The position numbers and the translations under genes were made by a program. The notes below the pieces were generated by a model. It saw only the letters and a list, made by a program, of their open reading frames with translations, made no database searches and was not told where the DNA came from. Positions 8,052 to 19,400 of a stretch of DNA of 43,426 nucleotides are shown piece by piece (position 1 is the first letter of the stretch; each line of letters begins with the position of its first letter). This stretch comes from a virus (taxonomy: Duplodnaviria; Caudoviricetes), in IMG/VR virus record IMGVR_UViG_3300044957_000820, positions 1 to 43,426 of that record; one strand, written 5' to 3'.

Positions 8052-8783
8052 ATGGCGATCCAAGTAGCGCGAGCGGTCGAGTACGCAGAGTTCGCTCTGA
8101 TGGGCAAGGCATCGCCTGCCATCGGTGCTCTGCGCGTCGTGAACATCGCTGGGCGCGCCATGTTCGGCCTCGCGGACTGGAACTGGAAGCGACGCGAACC
8201 TGTCAGTCTCGCGCTCGTCGCGGCTCAGGAGTACGTGAGCCTGCCAACGGACTTCGGCGAGGTGGTCGCGCTCTCCGTGAACAACTCGATCATCCAGACG
8301 TTCGAGTGGGTCTCACCGCAGCGGCTGATTGACCTGCGCACGAACGTCCTCGCTGACCTGACTGGCAAGTACTTCGGGTGCATCTCGTGGCCGAGGGTCA
8401 ACGACGTGTCTGTCGCTCCGAATCCGGCGCGTATCGAGATCGCACCCACGCCCAGCAGCAACATCACCGAGGCGATGCTGCTTGTGTACGACGCCGGCTG
8501 GGTCGACGTGAACTCGGACGACGACTACATCCAGATCCCGTCGTTCATGGAGCCGCTCTTCTACGAGGTGATCGACGCGATCGCCCTGGGCATGCACTTC
8601 GCGCGCGAGGGCACGATGGGCGAGCGCCTCACGCGCGTGAAAGCGAACGACCTGTACCGGTCGGCTCGCCGGCAAGACCTCAACCAGCAGCTGACGCTGG
8701 GCCTGATGGAGGGCGGCCAGATCAATGAGCAGGGCCGCTGGCTGACGATCGGCAAGCCGGCGGTGATTGGAGATCCGTCGTGA
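8052..8783 (+). CDS. head-tail adaptor / tail tubular protein A-like
   Basis: Adaptor-type motifs WNWKR, YVSLPTDF and IEIAPTP; position after the head genes. Confidence 0.75.
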   Translation: MAIQVARAVEYAEFALMGKASPAIGALRVVNIAGRAMFGLADWNWKRREPVSLALVAAQEYVSLPTDFGEVVALSVNNSIIQTFEWVSPQRLIDLRTNVLADLTGKYFGCISWPRVNDVSVAPNPARIEIAPTPSSNITEAMLLVYDAGWVDVNSDDDYIQIPSFMEPLFYEVIDAIALGMHFAREGTMGERLTRVKANDLYRSARRQDLNQQLTLGLMEGGQINEQGRWLTIGKPAVIGDPS

Positions 8784-11700
8784 GCGAGCTGAGCTTTCCG
8801 TTTCGCGGCATCGATCGCGGCGACGCCTTCGCGGCGCAGATGCCGCTGACCACGCGCATCGGAAAGAACGTGCGCGGCCGTGACTCGCAAACCGGCCGCC
8901 GTCGCGGCTCGATCCGCCCAGGCACGCCCACGTACATCGGCGCGCGCATCGACTCTGGCGCAAACAAGCGGGTTCGCCGACTGATCCAGGCCGCGTACGA
9001 CGCCAAGCGCGTCACGTACTCCTACAAGGATGTTGGCGAGAACCAGTGGTCGAAGGACGTGAACCGCGTCGTTTCGAATCTCGCCGTCGACGACCAGGGC
9101 AACGTGGTCGCCATCACGGGCACGGCGACGATCACGAAGTACAACTCGGCCGGCGAGGAGATCTGGTCGCACTCGCCGAAGAGCGCCGCGCGCGATCAGA
9201 CGTGCCGAGCGATCTGCTGGGACGGTGTTGGCGGGTTCATCCTCGCCGTCTCCAGCGGCCAAGATCAGAGCGAGGGACACATCTGGCGCATCCTCGAGGA
9301 CGAGGACTCGAAGCCGTACACGGCCTGGGATCTCGAGCTTGAGGGCTTCGTCGAAGACGTGCAGGTGCTCAACGGTGAGCTGTACGCTGCGTGCAACCTG
9401 CCGAAGAACAACATCGGCAAGCTCGTCGTGTACACCGGGATCTTCGGCGAAGTCGAGGACGAGGTCCCCGAGATCGAGCGCGAGGAGTTCATCGAGTACC
9501 CCGTGAACGCGATGAGCGTGCGCGAGAAGGACGGCGCGATCTTCCTGGCTCACGGCCCGGCCGAGGCGCCGTACAACCGCGGGGAAGTGCCGCAGAACAC
9601 GGCGCTGATCGCGAGCATCGTCGACTGGACGATCAAGGACTTGGATCGCTACGAGCGCCGCATCTGGAAGTGGCACGACGCGAGCCAGTACGAAGGCGAG
9701 CCGAACTCGGATGTCGTCGTGATCCCCGACGTGTCCGGCAACGGCCGCGACATGTTCGCCGATCTCGTGAACTTCTCCGCGCCGGTGTTCAAGGCGACGG
9801 CGATGGGCGGCCTGGGCGCGTTCCGTTTCAGCGGCGCGACGACCGGCTACGAGGGCAAGGTGCTCTCCGCGCCGAACCCGTCGACCACGCTCGCGATGAA
9901 GGACATGGGTCTTTCGTGTACGCCGAGCGCGGACAGCACGTCGAACAAGTGGGCGCGCTTCATCGTTCTGCGCGTTCCGCCGGTGGCTCGTGCACAGGGA
10001 TGCTGGAACCAGAAGACCGAGGAGACGAGCGCGTTCAACCTGGAGCGGAACTTCGGCAAGACGCTCGCGCTCAACGTCGACTCCGAGACGCACTCGAGCG
10101 CCACCCTCTGGCCCGCCTCGTCCGGGAACGCATGGTTCCAGGAAGACGTACCCAACGACGTGAACACGTCCGGTGGGTCGCAGCAGATCAATGCGTTCAA
10201 CACCTCGTTCGGCGGGAACGACTACAACCCGCGCCGCGTCACGTGGACGAACAAGTACTCGTCAGTTGGCGGAACTCAGGGCCTGACGAACGGGACGCAC
10301 ACGATCGGGACCAACGACTCGAACGTGCTCATCCTGACGATCGTGCACATGGCCGGAACGTCGTGTGTGACCGAGACCACAACCGCCGTCGCATCTGCCA
10401 ACGGAACGCAGGGAGAAGCGACTCAGGTTGCGACGATGATCCGCATCAACGGGCAGGCGTGGGATCGCTATCAGTCGCGCCACGCCTCGTTCGGCACGCA
10501 GCCCTCGATGTTCGGGTCGGTCGCGAGCCTTGTGTCGTCGCTGACGGGCGCGGGCGAGTTCGATCTGCTTGAAGACATCGTCCTGCAGTCCGACAGCGCC
10601 GCAGACAACGGGATCATCTCGTGCCCCAAGGGGCCGCGCCTGCTGAACGCGAGACTGCGCTTCATCGACGGCCTGCTCTCGTCCGACACCGAGGTCGAGA
10701 AGATCGAGGGCTACCTCGCGCACAAGTGGCGCGTTGCCGGCTTGCTGCCCTCGGGGATCTCGCAGGCAAACGCTGCGTCTGGCGGCGGCAACAACAACCT
10801 ACGGCCCGGAACTCCGTGGGCGACGTACTCGCCGCCGATCGTTCCGCACCCGTACCAGTTGCTCTTCGGCCCTCCGAAGAAGACAGGCGCAGCGTTCGAT
10901 ACGCGTTCTCAGGCGAACAAGAGGCGCTCGAACGACTCCATGCTCGTGAAGCGCGACGGATCGAGTCTCGAGGTCGTGTGGGTGATTGCGAGCGTTCCGT
11001 CGGTCACGTTCCCCACGATCGGAATCAGTGGCGAGACGTACGGCGGCATCGGGTACGGCGTGGCGACGAGTGACGATCGCGTGTTCAGCGTGGGCCCGGT
11101 GTACGACGCCGGCGGAACCGTGGCCGAACAGGCGTGCACGATCGGAATCACGGACAACGGGAAGACGTACACGATCTCCTGGACGAAGACCTCCGGCGAC
11201 CTCGGCCTCGACAACGTGATTTCGCCGTCGTATGACCGGCTGAAGTGCTCCGTCGACGAGAACGGCAACTTCTATCTGCCATGGAATGACAACGGCGTGT
11301 CGAGCACTGTCGGGTACAGCGGCTTCGTGCTCAACCCGGACGGCGACGTGCTGCTGGAGATTGAGGCCAGCGCGGTCGACGCGACGATGCCGCAGGGGCT
11401 CGCGCTCAAGCCGGCGTTCGAGGTGGTCGACAGCGAGGGCGATCTTACGGATGACATCGCCGAGCACGTGTACCTCGGCACCAACCAGAAGCGCGACGGG
11501 ACCGAGGACAACACCGTCGCCACGCTCTACCGCGTGACGACGCTGAGCACTGTGCGCATCGACACGCCGCCGCGCGTGAACAAGCTCGTGGGCGTCGCGG
11601 CCGGCAAGATTCGAACGCTGACATCGCCTGCGACGGTCGGAACGCCCACATTTGCCGGCGTGACTGACCCGGTCCTCTCTGCGAGCGCGCGCTACATCGC

Positions 11701-12916
11701 GGCCGCAGTGCTGTACGAGAAGGTGTACTTCGCGGACGGTGAGTCATACGCGGTCTACGACCCGCGGGCGAACGAGGTCACTGCGCTGAAGGCCGACAAG
11801 TCTGGGCAGGTGCCCAAGCGCATGTCGCTGCTCGCAACGTGGCGCGGCCGTCTCGTCGGAGCGCGCAGCGAAGGCAAGCCGCATCACTGGTGGATGTCGG
11901 CGGTCGGCGAGCCAGGGAACTGGGACTTCTACCCCTCCGTCATCACGGCGACGCAGGCGATCGAGGGCAGCACGAGCCGCGCTGGCCTCGCGCCCGACAT
12001 CGTCAACTGCCTGATCCCGTACAACGACGACCTGTTGATCTTCGGGTGCGACAAGGAGATCTGGAGGCTCACCGGCGACCCGGCCGTTGGGGCGCAGTTC
12101 GATCTCGTCACGCGCTCGACGGGCATCGCGTTCGGCGCGCCGTGGTGCATCGCGCCCGACGGCACGATCTTCTTCTTCGGCTCGCGTGGCGGCGTGTTCG
12201 CGATGCCGCCCGGCGGACAACCGACGCTGATCTCGGACTCTGGGCCGAGCGGCAAGCGCACATCGGTCCAGCGCGACCTCGAGTCGATCGACCTCGCCAC
12301 CTATCACGTTGAGATGGCTTGGCTGACGGAGAGCCAGTCGCTCGTGGTTGCCGTGGTGCCGCACGCCGCGGACTCAGTCGCAGCGTCCTGGTGGGCCTGG
12401 GACTCGACCACGGGCGCGTGGTGGGAAGACACATGGACCGGCGCAGATCTTCAGCCGACGGCCATCGCTGTCCTCGACGGCGACGAGCCCGACGACCGTC
12501 GCGTTCTGCTCGGCCGAGCCGATGGCTACGTCTCGGTGGTTGACGAAAGCGCCGCCTACGACGGCGACGCGGCCACGGCTGTCGCGGCGATCGACACCCA
12601 GGTGCTGCTCGGGCCGATCTCGAACGAAGACCAGGAAGTCGCCGTCGAGTGGCTGGCCGCCACCCTGGCACGCGACCGCGCGTCCCTGCGCTTTCAGCTG
12701 TTCTCCAGCGACAACCCGGATGCGATGGGCGACCCCGTCTACACGGGCCTCTTCGAGCACGGGTACACGGGCAAGATCTTCGCTCGGGCCCGCGGCGCGT
12801 ACGTGTGGATCAAGCTCCTGCGCGTCGAACCCGTCGGGTCAACGCTTCCGTCCCCGCTTGGGTGGTCTCTGGAGCGCATGGAGGCTAGCCTCGCGCCCAT
12901 GGGAGCGAAGCGATGA
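8780..12916 (+). CDS. tail nozzle / tubular protein B-like beta-propeller protein with large internal insertion
   Basis: N-terminal FPFRGID...KNVRG and C-terminal propeller blades (WRGRLV, WWMSAVGEPGNWD, LLIFG, IFFFGSRGGVF); 1378 aa. Confidence 0.7.
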   Translation: MSELSFPFRGIDRGDAFAAQMPLTTRIGKNVRGRDSQTGRRRGSIRPGTPTYIGARIDSGANKRVRRLIQAAYDAKRVTYSYKDVGENQWSKDVNRVVSNLAVDDQGNVVAITGTATITKYNSAGEEIWSHSPKSAARDQTCRAICWDGVGGFILAVSSGQDQSEGHIWRILEDEDSKPYTAWDLELEGFVEDVQVLNGELYAACNLPKNNIGKLVVYTGIFGEVEDEVPEIEREEFIEYPVNAMSVREKDGAIFLAHGPAEAPYNRGEVPQNTALIASIVDWTIKDLDRYERRIWKWHDASQYEGEPNSDVVVIPDVSGNGRDMFADLVNFSAPVFKATAMGGLGAFRFSGATTGYEGKVLSAPNPSTTLAMKDMGLSCTPSADSTSNKWARFIVLRVPPVARAQGCWNQKTEETSAFNLERNFGKTLALNVDSETHSSATLWPASSGNAWFQEDVPNDVNTSGGSQQINAFNTSFGGNDYNPRRVTWTNKYSSVGGTQGLTNGTHTIGTNDSNVLILTIVHMAGTSCVTETTTAVASANGTQGEATQVATMIRINGQAWDRYQSRHASFGTQPSMFGSVASLVSSLTGAGEFDLLEDIVLQSDSAADNGIISCPKGPRLLNARLRFIDGLLSSDTEVEKIEGYLAHKWRVAGLLPSGISQANAASGGGNNNLRPGTPWATYSPPIVPHPYQLLFGPPKKTGAAFDTRSQANKRRSNDSMLVKRDGSSLEVVWVIASVPSVTFPTIGISGETYGGIGYGVATSDDRVFSVGPVYDAGGTVAEQACTIGITDNGKTYTISWTKTSGDLGLDNVISPSYDRLKCSVDENGNFYLPWNDNGVSSTVGYSGFVLNPDGDVLLEIEASAVDATMPQGLALKPAFEVVDSEGDLTDDIAEHVYLGTNQKRDGTEDNTVATLYRVTTLSTVRIDTPPRVNKLVGVAAGKIRTLTSPATVGTPTFAGVTDPVLSASARYIAAAVLYEKVYFADGESYAVYDPRANEVTALKADKSGQVPKRMSLLATWRGRLVGARSEGKPHHWWMSAVGEPGNWDFYPSVITATQAIEGSTSRAGLAPDIVNCLIPYNDDLLIFGCDKEIWRLTGDPAVGAQFDLVTRSTGIAFGAPWCIAPDGTIFFFGSRGGVFAMPPGGQPTLISDSGPSGKRTSVQRDLESIDLATYHVEMAWLTESQSLVVAVVPHAADSVAASWWAWDSTTGAWWEDTWTGADLQPTAIAVLDGDEPDDRRVLLGRADGYVSVVDESAAYDGDAATAVAAIDTQVLLGPISNEDQEVAVEWLAATLARDRASLRFQLFSSDNPDAMGDPVYTGLFEHGYTGKIFARARGAYVWIKLLRVEPVGSTLPSPLGWSLERMEASLAPMGAKR

Positions 12917-13317
12917 GCAGGCGCAGTGGCTACGTCGGCCGGGGCGTCGGGAGCCAGGGCTCGCGAGCGCAGTCACTGGGCGGCAGCGATCCGCGCGCGC
13001 GTCGGGCGGGCCAGGGGATGTCCACGGACGAGGCTGCTGGGCGCGGCCTCTCTGTCGAGGATGGTCGCCTCGTGATCGATGTCGCGAAGGCTCAGAAGCT
13101 GCTGATCCGCTTCGAGAACGGATCGGCGCTGACGCTCGACCGCGGCACGGTGCACCTGAAGAGCGGCGCCGGCCTGACACAGGACGGTGGTGTGCTTGCG
13201 CTCGATGCGCTCGACTCGGTGCGCGATGTCAGCTCGGGCGCCAGCACGACAACCCTGGCTGCGAAGATGAACGAGCTTCTGGCCGCGCTTCGACTGAAGG
13301 GATTCATGGTGTCATGA
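12913..13317 (+). CDS. short fibre-like virion protein
   Basis: GRGLSVEDGRL and GAGLTQDGGVL fibre repeats; C-terminal LAAKMNELLAALRLKGF head-fibre-type trimerisation motif. Confidence 0.6.
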   Translation: MSRRSGYVGRGVGSQGSRAQSLGGSDPRARRAGQGMSTDEAAGRGLSVEDGRLVIDVAKAQKLLIRFENGSALTLDRGTVHLKSGAGLTQDGGVLALDALDSVRDVSSGASTTTLAAKMNELLAALRLKGFMVS

Positions 13318-13751
13318 AGTCCGCTGTCGAACTCGGGACGGCCATGGAGGTGATCGAGATCCTGTGCACCGACGTAGTCGGCGCGCGCATGTTCCTCGGT
13401 GACGGCGCGTTCGACGAGCTGATGTCGAGCCCTCGGGCGATGGCGGACATGCTCGGAAGGGCCGACAACATCGTCCTGAGGCGCGGCGTTCTGATCGTTG
13501 GTCACTACTGCGGCGGCGGAATGCTGATGATGCACGCGTTCGCCGCGCCGAGCGCCCGCGGCGCGACGGTGAGGCGCATCGTGAGGGAGTACTTCAGACT
13601 GGCTTTCAGGTCAGAGAAGGATGCGATGATGATCGTCGGCAAGATCCATCCCGACAACAGGCCCGCACGCCACATGGCTGTCGCGTGCGGCATGAAGCCA
13701 CGCAGGTCCGACGACGACCACTGCTGGTACGAGGTGCGGCGCCGTGGGTAA
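13314..13751 (+). CDS. GNAT-fold protein (T7 gp13/DUF2824-like position)
   Basis: ATGA overlap at 13314; motifs HAFAAPSARG and IHPDNRPARHMAVACGM; located before the ejection proteins. Confidence 0.7.
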   Translation: MKSAVELGTAMEVIEILCTDVVGARMFLGDGAFDELMSSPRAMADMLGRADNIVLRRGVLIVGHYCGGGMLMMHAFAAPSARGATVRRIVREYFRLAFRSEKDAMMIVGKIHPDNRPARHMAVACGMKPRRSDDDHCWYEVRRRG

Positions 13752-13965
13752 CCTCTACGGAAACATGCCTGCTGGCTCGCTCGGCCTTCCCAACGGAATC
13801 CTTGGCGGGCTGAGTTCGCCGCAGAACGCCAACAAGGGGCCCAACAGCTCCGCGATGGGGAAGCTCATCAAGGCCATGATGAAGAAGAAGCAGCAGAACC
13901 AGCCCACTCTGCCGAAGATCGACTACAGCGGGTACACGCTCACTCGACTGAGCGACTGGAGCTGA
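13744..13965 (+). CDS. hypothetical protein
   Basis: 73-aa ORF with GAGG RBS filling the gap in the operon. Confidence 0.55.
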   Translation: MGNLYGNMPAGSLGLPNGILGGLSSPQNANKGPNSSAMGKLIKAMMKKKQQNQPTLPKIDYSGYTLTRLSDWS

Positions 13966-13968
13966 GAC

Positions 13969-14805
13969 ATGGGCGGCATCGGCGACATGCTCTTCGGGAC
14001 CGAGGACAAGGCGTACAAGCAGAACCTGAAGAACTACAAGCTGGTTCAGCAGGTCTGGGGCGATCTGAAGCCCGAGCAAGCGAAGGTCATGCAGGCGTAC
14101 CTCGCCCAGCAGGCTGGGGTCGCGCCGCTGATCCAGCAGGCGTACGCGAAGGCCGGCAAGGGACTGAAGCAGGGCGCCGCGAACCAGTCGAAGGCGATCC
14201 TGCAGAACCAGAAGCAGCAGCTTGCCGCGGTCGAATCTGCCGCGCTCTCGCGTGGCATGAGCGGCACGAGCGTCCCGCTGAACCTGAAGCGCGGCGTTCG
14301 CGCGGACGCCTCCACGGCGCTCGCTAGTGTGCAGAGCGCGTTCTCGCAGCTGGAGTCGGAACTCGCACTGAGCAAGGGCAACGCCCTCGCCGGTGCGAAG
14401 GGCAACATGGCGAACGCTTACCTGAACCAGATCCAGCAGAACCTCGCGCTCGCGCAGGGCCAGACCGGCGGCATGACCTCGTTCCAGTTCCAGGGTTCGC
14501 CGGGACTGCTGCAGACGGCGGTTTCAGGCGCGGCCCAGGGCCTGTCACAGGTCGGCGGCATGGCGCTCGGCGCTGCGATGTTCAGCGACGCGCGCATGAA
14601 GGTGAACGTGCGGCGCGTCGGCACGAGCCCGTCGGGGATCCCGATCAGCGAGTTCGAGTACATAAGCCAGCCCGGAAAGCGGTTCCGTGGCGTCATCGCG
14701 CAGGATCTGATCGCCATCCGACCGGACGCTGTGGTCGAGGCCAGCAGCGGGATGCTGGCCGTTCGCTACGGCGAGATCGACGTTTCGTTCGAGGAGGCCG
14801 TCTGA
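13969..14805 (+). CDS. internal virion (ejection) protein with C-terminal S74-type intramolecular chaperone domain
   Basis: A/Q/G-rich helical body; FSDARMKVNV...GVIAQDL...V.Y motif. Confidence 0.75.
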   Translation: MGGIGDMLFGTEDKAYKQNLKNYKLVQQVWGDLKPEQAKVMQAYLAQQAGVAPLIQQAYAKAGKGLKQGAANQSKAILQNQKQQLAAVESAALSRGMSGTSVPLNLKRGVRADASTALASVQSAFSQLESELALSKGNALAGAKGNMANAYLNQIQQNLALAQGQTGGMTSFQFQGSPGLLQTAVSGAAQGLSQVGGMALGAAMFSDARMKVNVRRVGTSPSGIPISEFEYISQPGKRFRGVIAQDLIAIRPDAVVEASSGMLAVRYGEIDVSFEEAV

Positions 14806-14806
14806 C

Positions 14807-16492
14807 ATGCCGATCATCGTCAACCACCCGACCTACGGCATCGGCAGCCCGGTCGCGAACGCGATCGCCGGGTCGATGGTTGCTGGTTACGTGGACGCGA
14901 AGCGCCAAGCCGAGGAGGCCGAGGAGAAGCAGGCGCGCCTCGACTACATCAAGTCCCAGACGGCGGCGAGCCAGAGCCGCATGGAGACCGAGAAGCAGAA
15001 CCGCGAGCTTGCGGCGAGCGCAGAGGCGCGCGCCGACAAGGCAGAGGCGCGCGCCGACAGAGAGTCCGAGGGCCGCATCAAGCTCACTGAGGAGCAGACG
15101 CGTGGTGCGGCTCTCGCCAACGACAAGGCCAAGCGCGCGCTGGAGAACAGGGTCGATCCAGCTCTTGCCGCGGCAGAAGTGGACATCTTCCGCGAAGAGA
15201 TCCTTGGCGTGTTCGGCGGCAACGTGCCGGAGGCGATGAAGGCCAAGATCGACGGGTACGTCAGGGCGTTCGGGGCTATCGACCCGAGCGCGATCGGCCT
15301 GGACGGGAAGACTCGCTCGAGGGAAGACTTCCGCGACATCGTCACGCGCAGCCTCGCGAGAAGCCCAGAGGTGCTTCAGGCGCAGAAGAGCGCCGTCGGC
15401 GACATGATCGAGGAGTTCGCTGCGAGCGAGTCTGCTGCCCTGGTCCCCGCCGAGACCAAGGGGCTCGTCTCGCTGGGCGAGCAGCTGATGCAGCCCGGCG
15501 TCACTGTTTCGAGCGAAACGATCGCCTCCGTGCACAAGGCGATCTCGGACGCGCGCGCCAGGGCGGAGAAGAAGTACGAGTTCCGTCGGATGAAGGCGCG
15601 CTCGATTCAGTCCCTCGAGCACATGGCGATGACGCCGGGCCTTGGGACTGCCCAGATCCGCGGGATCGAGTCGCTGCTTGCCAGAACGCACTCGGCGGTG
15701 AGCGACGACGAGATCAGCAGCGTGATGGAGAAGGCGACCTCGATCGTGAGCGGCTCCGACCCCGCCGAGGTTCTGGCACGCAATGAGAAGGCGCAGATGT
15801 TCGATGCGCTCATCAAAGTCATGCCCAAGGACATTGATGTCGCCTCTGCGGTTGACTTCGCCCGTCAGGTGAAGGAGATCGTGTACGGGACCAGCAGCGG
15901 CGCGAGTGTTCAGGAGGCCGCGCAGACCCAGGCCGCCCCGCCCGGCGCCGCTTCGCGTGGCGGCTCGCTTGCTGCCCAGATGGGTCGCGATCCCAGCCAG
16001 CTGGTCACCGTGCGAAACACGGCGAGCACCGAAGCTGAGCTTGGCGGTGAGCCGGTCCAGGAGCCGCCCATCGACAAGAGGCCAAGCGCCGAGCCAGATC
16101 AGTACGCGATGTACCAAGCGGCGACGTACGTCGATGACCGCACCGGCGAGGAGATCTCGAAGGCCCAGCAAGAGTACGAGTCGAAGTTCGGGCCGATCAA
16201 CGAGGCCAAGAAGAAGCTCGTCGCGTCCGAGATCGAGCGGCGCGACGCGAAGCGCGCGAAGAAGGAGAGGGAGGCTGCTGACGAGGCTGCTGCGGACGCC
16301 GCCGAGAAGAAGGAGGCCGAGGAAGCGGAAGCTCGACGCGGCGACTTTGCGACCGTCGCCGCGCTCGCGCTGTGGGTTCGCTCGGGCAAGAAGACCCGCA
16401 AGCAACTCGATGACGCCGTCGCTGAGTTCAAGAAGAAGTACGGCGAACTCACCAACGAAGAGCAGAACCGGCTGACCAGGAACAGCAGGTAG
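14807..16492 (+). CDS. internal virion (ejection) protein, coiled-coil
   Basis: 561 aa, A/E/K-rich helical; synteny with podoviral core proteins. Confidence 0.65.
   Translation: MPIIVNHPTYGIGSPVANAIAGSMVAGYVDAKRQAEEAEEKQARLDYIKSQTAASQSRMETEKQNRELAASAEARADKAEARADRESEGRIKLTEEQTRGAALANDKAKRALENRVDPALAAAEVDIFREEILGVFGGNVPEAMKAKIDGYVRAFGAIDPSAIGLDGKTRSREDFRDIVTRSLARSPEVLQAQKSAVGDMIEEFAASESAALVPAETKGLVSLGEQLMQPGVTVSSETIASVHKAISDARARAEKKYEFRRMKARSIQSLEHMAMTPGLGTAQIRGIESLLARTHSAVSDDEISSVMEKATSIVSGSDPAEVLARNEKAQMFDALIKVMPKDIDVASAVDFARQVKEIVYGTSSGASVQEAAQTQAAPPGAASRGGSLAAQMGRDPSQLVTVRNTASTEAELGGEPVQEPPIDKRPSAEPDQYAMYQAATYVDDRTGEEISKAQQEYESKFGPINEAKKKLVASEIERRDAKRAKKEREAADEAAADAAEKKEAEEAEARRGDFATVAALALWVRSGKKTRKQLDDAVAEFKKKYGELTNEEQNRLTRNSR
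15020..15059 (+). repeat. in-frame tandem duplication with 21-nt period (AEARADK/R)
   Basis: GCAGAGGCGCGCGCCGACA at 15020 and 15041. Confidence 0.8.
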
Positions 16493-16494
16493 CC

Positions 16495-19400
16495 ATGCCT
16501 CAAGATCCCGGCACACAGCAGATGACCCTGGCCGAGGCGCTCGAGCGCCAGATGGCTGGGGAACCGATCGAGATCTTGAACGACCCTGACTTCGGCGCGC
16601 TCACGGAGAAGACGTTCGGCGATGCGATCTCGGAGATCGATGCGACCAAGCTGCCGGTCGCGGGCATGTTCTTCGACGCGAAGAACCTGCTCGATCTCTA
16701 CAACGCCGCGAGCGCGGCCGAAACGCGCGATCTGACGCCCGAGGAGTTCCGCGCGCTGTGGCGCTGGAGTCGCGAGCAGAACCGACCGACCTCGCTCGGC
16801 TACGACGTGGCGAGCGTGCTCACGGAGATGCCCGCGTTCGCGATCGAGACGCTGCTTGGCGGCGCTGTCGCTGGACGCGTCGCAGCCAAGACCGGAATGA
16901 AGGCCGCCTCCGTCGGCGTGAAGCGTGCTGTGCGCGCGGCCGTCGACAGCATGACCGAGGCGGGCGTTGCGCGCATGGTCGGCCGCGGGGCGATCAACCT
17001 TGGCGAGAAGGCCGCCGCCGCACTCGGAACGTCCGCCGTCACGACCGCGCTCATGCCCGGCCGCATCGCCGCCAGCGCAGCTGAGCGCACGCTCGCGGAG
17101 CACGTCGGCATCGATGGCGAGCGCGCGCAGCTCGTGCTTTCCGGCTCGATTCCGTCGTTCCTGGATGCTCTGCCCGAGGGCGCGCTCGACACGTGGATCG
17201 AGAACTTCAGCGAGCGCAGCGGCGGCATGATCCCACTGCCGAACGCGATCAGGGCACTCCAGGCGCGCGTGATCGGCGAGGCCACGCGTCGTGTGCCAGG
17301 GATGACGGCTGGCAAGATCCTCAGCGAGATCGCCAGAGGCGCGGGCTGGGACGGCGTGCTCGCCGAGATGGGCGAAGAGCGCGTGGGCGACATCTTGCGC
17401 GCTGCCCTGCTCGACGACCCATGGGAGAACGTGATCCCAAGCGGGAGGCAGTTGCTCACCGAGGCCATCGCGTTCAGCGTCCCCGGCGCCGTGAGCACCG
17501 GGATCCAGAAAGTCGCCGGCGCCGCCGGCGCGCCTGTCGAGGTCGGCGAGAACGCGAAGCTCCAGCAGTCTGAGCGTGGCGACGAGATCACCGTCGACGA
17601 CGAGACCGCGCGCCTTGGTCGTGAGTTCGCTGCCGCTGGCGGTGCTGACCCGGCCGGGCCCGTGCGTTTCCACGCAATGCCAGACTGGATGCAGGATCTT
17701 GCGCGCGATGTGGGCGCGAACGTCGTCGGGGTCGACACCGGCGCGCCCCTCGAGCGCGCTTCCGGCGAGTACCGCAACGGCACCATCTTCATCGATGTCA
17801 ACCAACCCGCCGAGCGCCAGCTCGACGAGGTGTTCCTGCACGAGGTCGGCCATCACCTGCGCGCGGCGTCCGGCGCCGATTGGCGCGAGTTGGCGCAGCG
17901 CCTGCGAACGATCGACCCGGAAGGGCTTGATCGCCTGCGCGAGGAGCGCCGCGGTCGGCAGTTCGGTGGACGCGCTGACGCGAGCCTGAGCGAGCGGGAG
18001 CGCGATCTTCTCGGCGAGGAGACCGTCTCGACGTACATGGAGGACGTGGCGGGCATGCTGCGCTTGGCGCTGGAGCGACGCTCCACGCTCGCGCGCATCG
18101 CCGAGCGCCAGCCCTCCCTGGCCCGCTCCATCGGGCGCGGCGTTGTGCGCATGCTGAACAGCGTGGGCTACCGCCTCCAGATGCCGGAGGCGCTGCAGAT
18201 GGCCCAAGACCTGCACGCCACGCTCGCACGCACGGAGACCGAGAAACGGCTGTCGCCTGGGGCGGCGATTCGCGTGGCACAGGAGATCGCGGCGGCCATC
18301 AGCGGCCTGCGCAGCGCCGTGCTCGCCAACCGCGAGGCCCAGTTCTACGCGGACCTGGAAGCGGCCCCGGCACAGGAGCAGGCGCAGGTCGAGCAGCAGG
18401 GTGCGGCTGCGACCCAGGCCGGGATCGAGGCGCAGATGGAGGCCGCTCAGCCGGCCCAGGCCGAGGTCCCGTCCGAGACTGTGCGCGAGCGCGAAGCTCG
18501 GGGCAGGGACACGACCCTGGCCGCCCTGGCCGCCCAGGAGGCCGCCCTGGAGGCCCAGGCCGAGCCCTCCCAGGAAGTCCAGCCGAGCGCCCGCGTGCAG
18601 GAGGCGCGAGCGCGCGAGGGCACGCGGGCAGCCATGGACGCCGTCGAGGCGGCGGCCCAGGAGCGCCCCGAGGCGCCGGTCGGCCGGGAGGTCGAGCAGC
18701 GAGCCAGGGAGGGCTCCGCTGCCGGCATGGCTGCGCAGGAGGCCGCTCGGCTCGACAGGGAGCCCTGGGCTGCGCGCTACCGAAACCTGGGCGTGAAAGA
18801 CCTCCGGCGCCTTCGCACGCGAGCGGTGACCGCTGAGGCGGCCAAGGCCGAGGCGGTCCTGGGTCGCCAGCGGGGCCGCGAGCTGACCCTCCTGCGAGCG
18901 CAGGTCCGCGGCGGCGTCGGGTCGACCGGCGAGCGGTACGGGGTGGACTCCCGTGCCGGGGCGCGCCTGGAGAAGTTCATGCGTGGCCTGACCGCGACCG
19001 AGCGCGCGCGCCTGGAGATGCAGGACGTGCCGCAGGTCGACGAGATTGACCGCGTGCTCGAGGTGCTCGGCAGCACGAGGCGTCCGCCGACCCTGAACGC
19101 ATCGAGGCGAGAGCGTGAAGCTCGGGAGCGCCAGCGCGAGGTGCAGCAGATGCTCCGTGAGGAGCCGCGCCGCTACGCGCTGCCGCGCAACCGGGCGAAG
19201 GTCGTCGACCTGCCCGATGGGACGTTCGGTGTGGAGATCGACGGGAAGGTCGTGCGCACGCACAACGCCCGCAACTTCGCAGAAGTCGATGCGCGCACGG
19301 TGCGGCAGGTGTACGCCGTCGACCCGGAGCTTCAGCAGCAGATCGATGCGGCGCCCACGTCGTTCCAGAGCATCACGCCCGCCAACGCGCGCAAGCTCGT

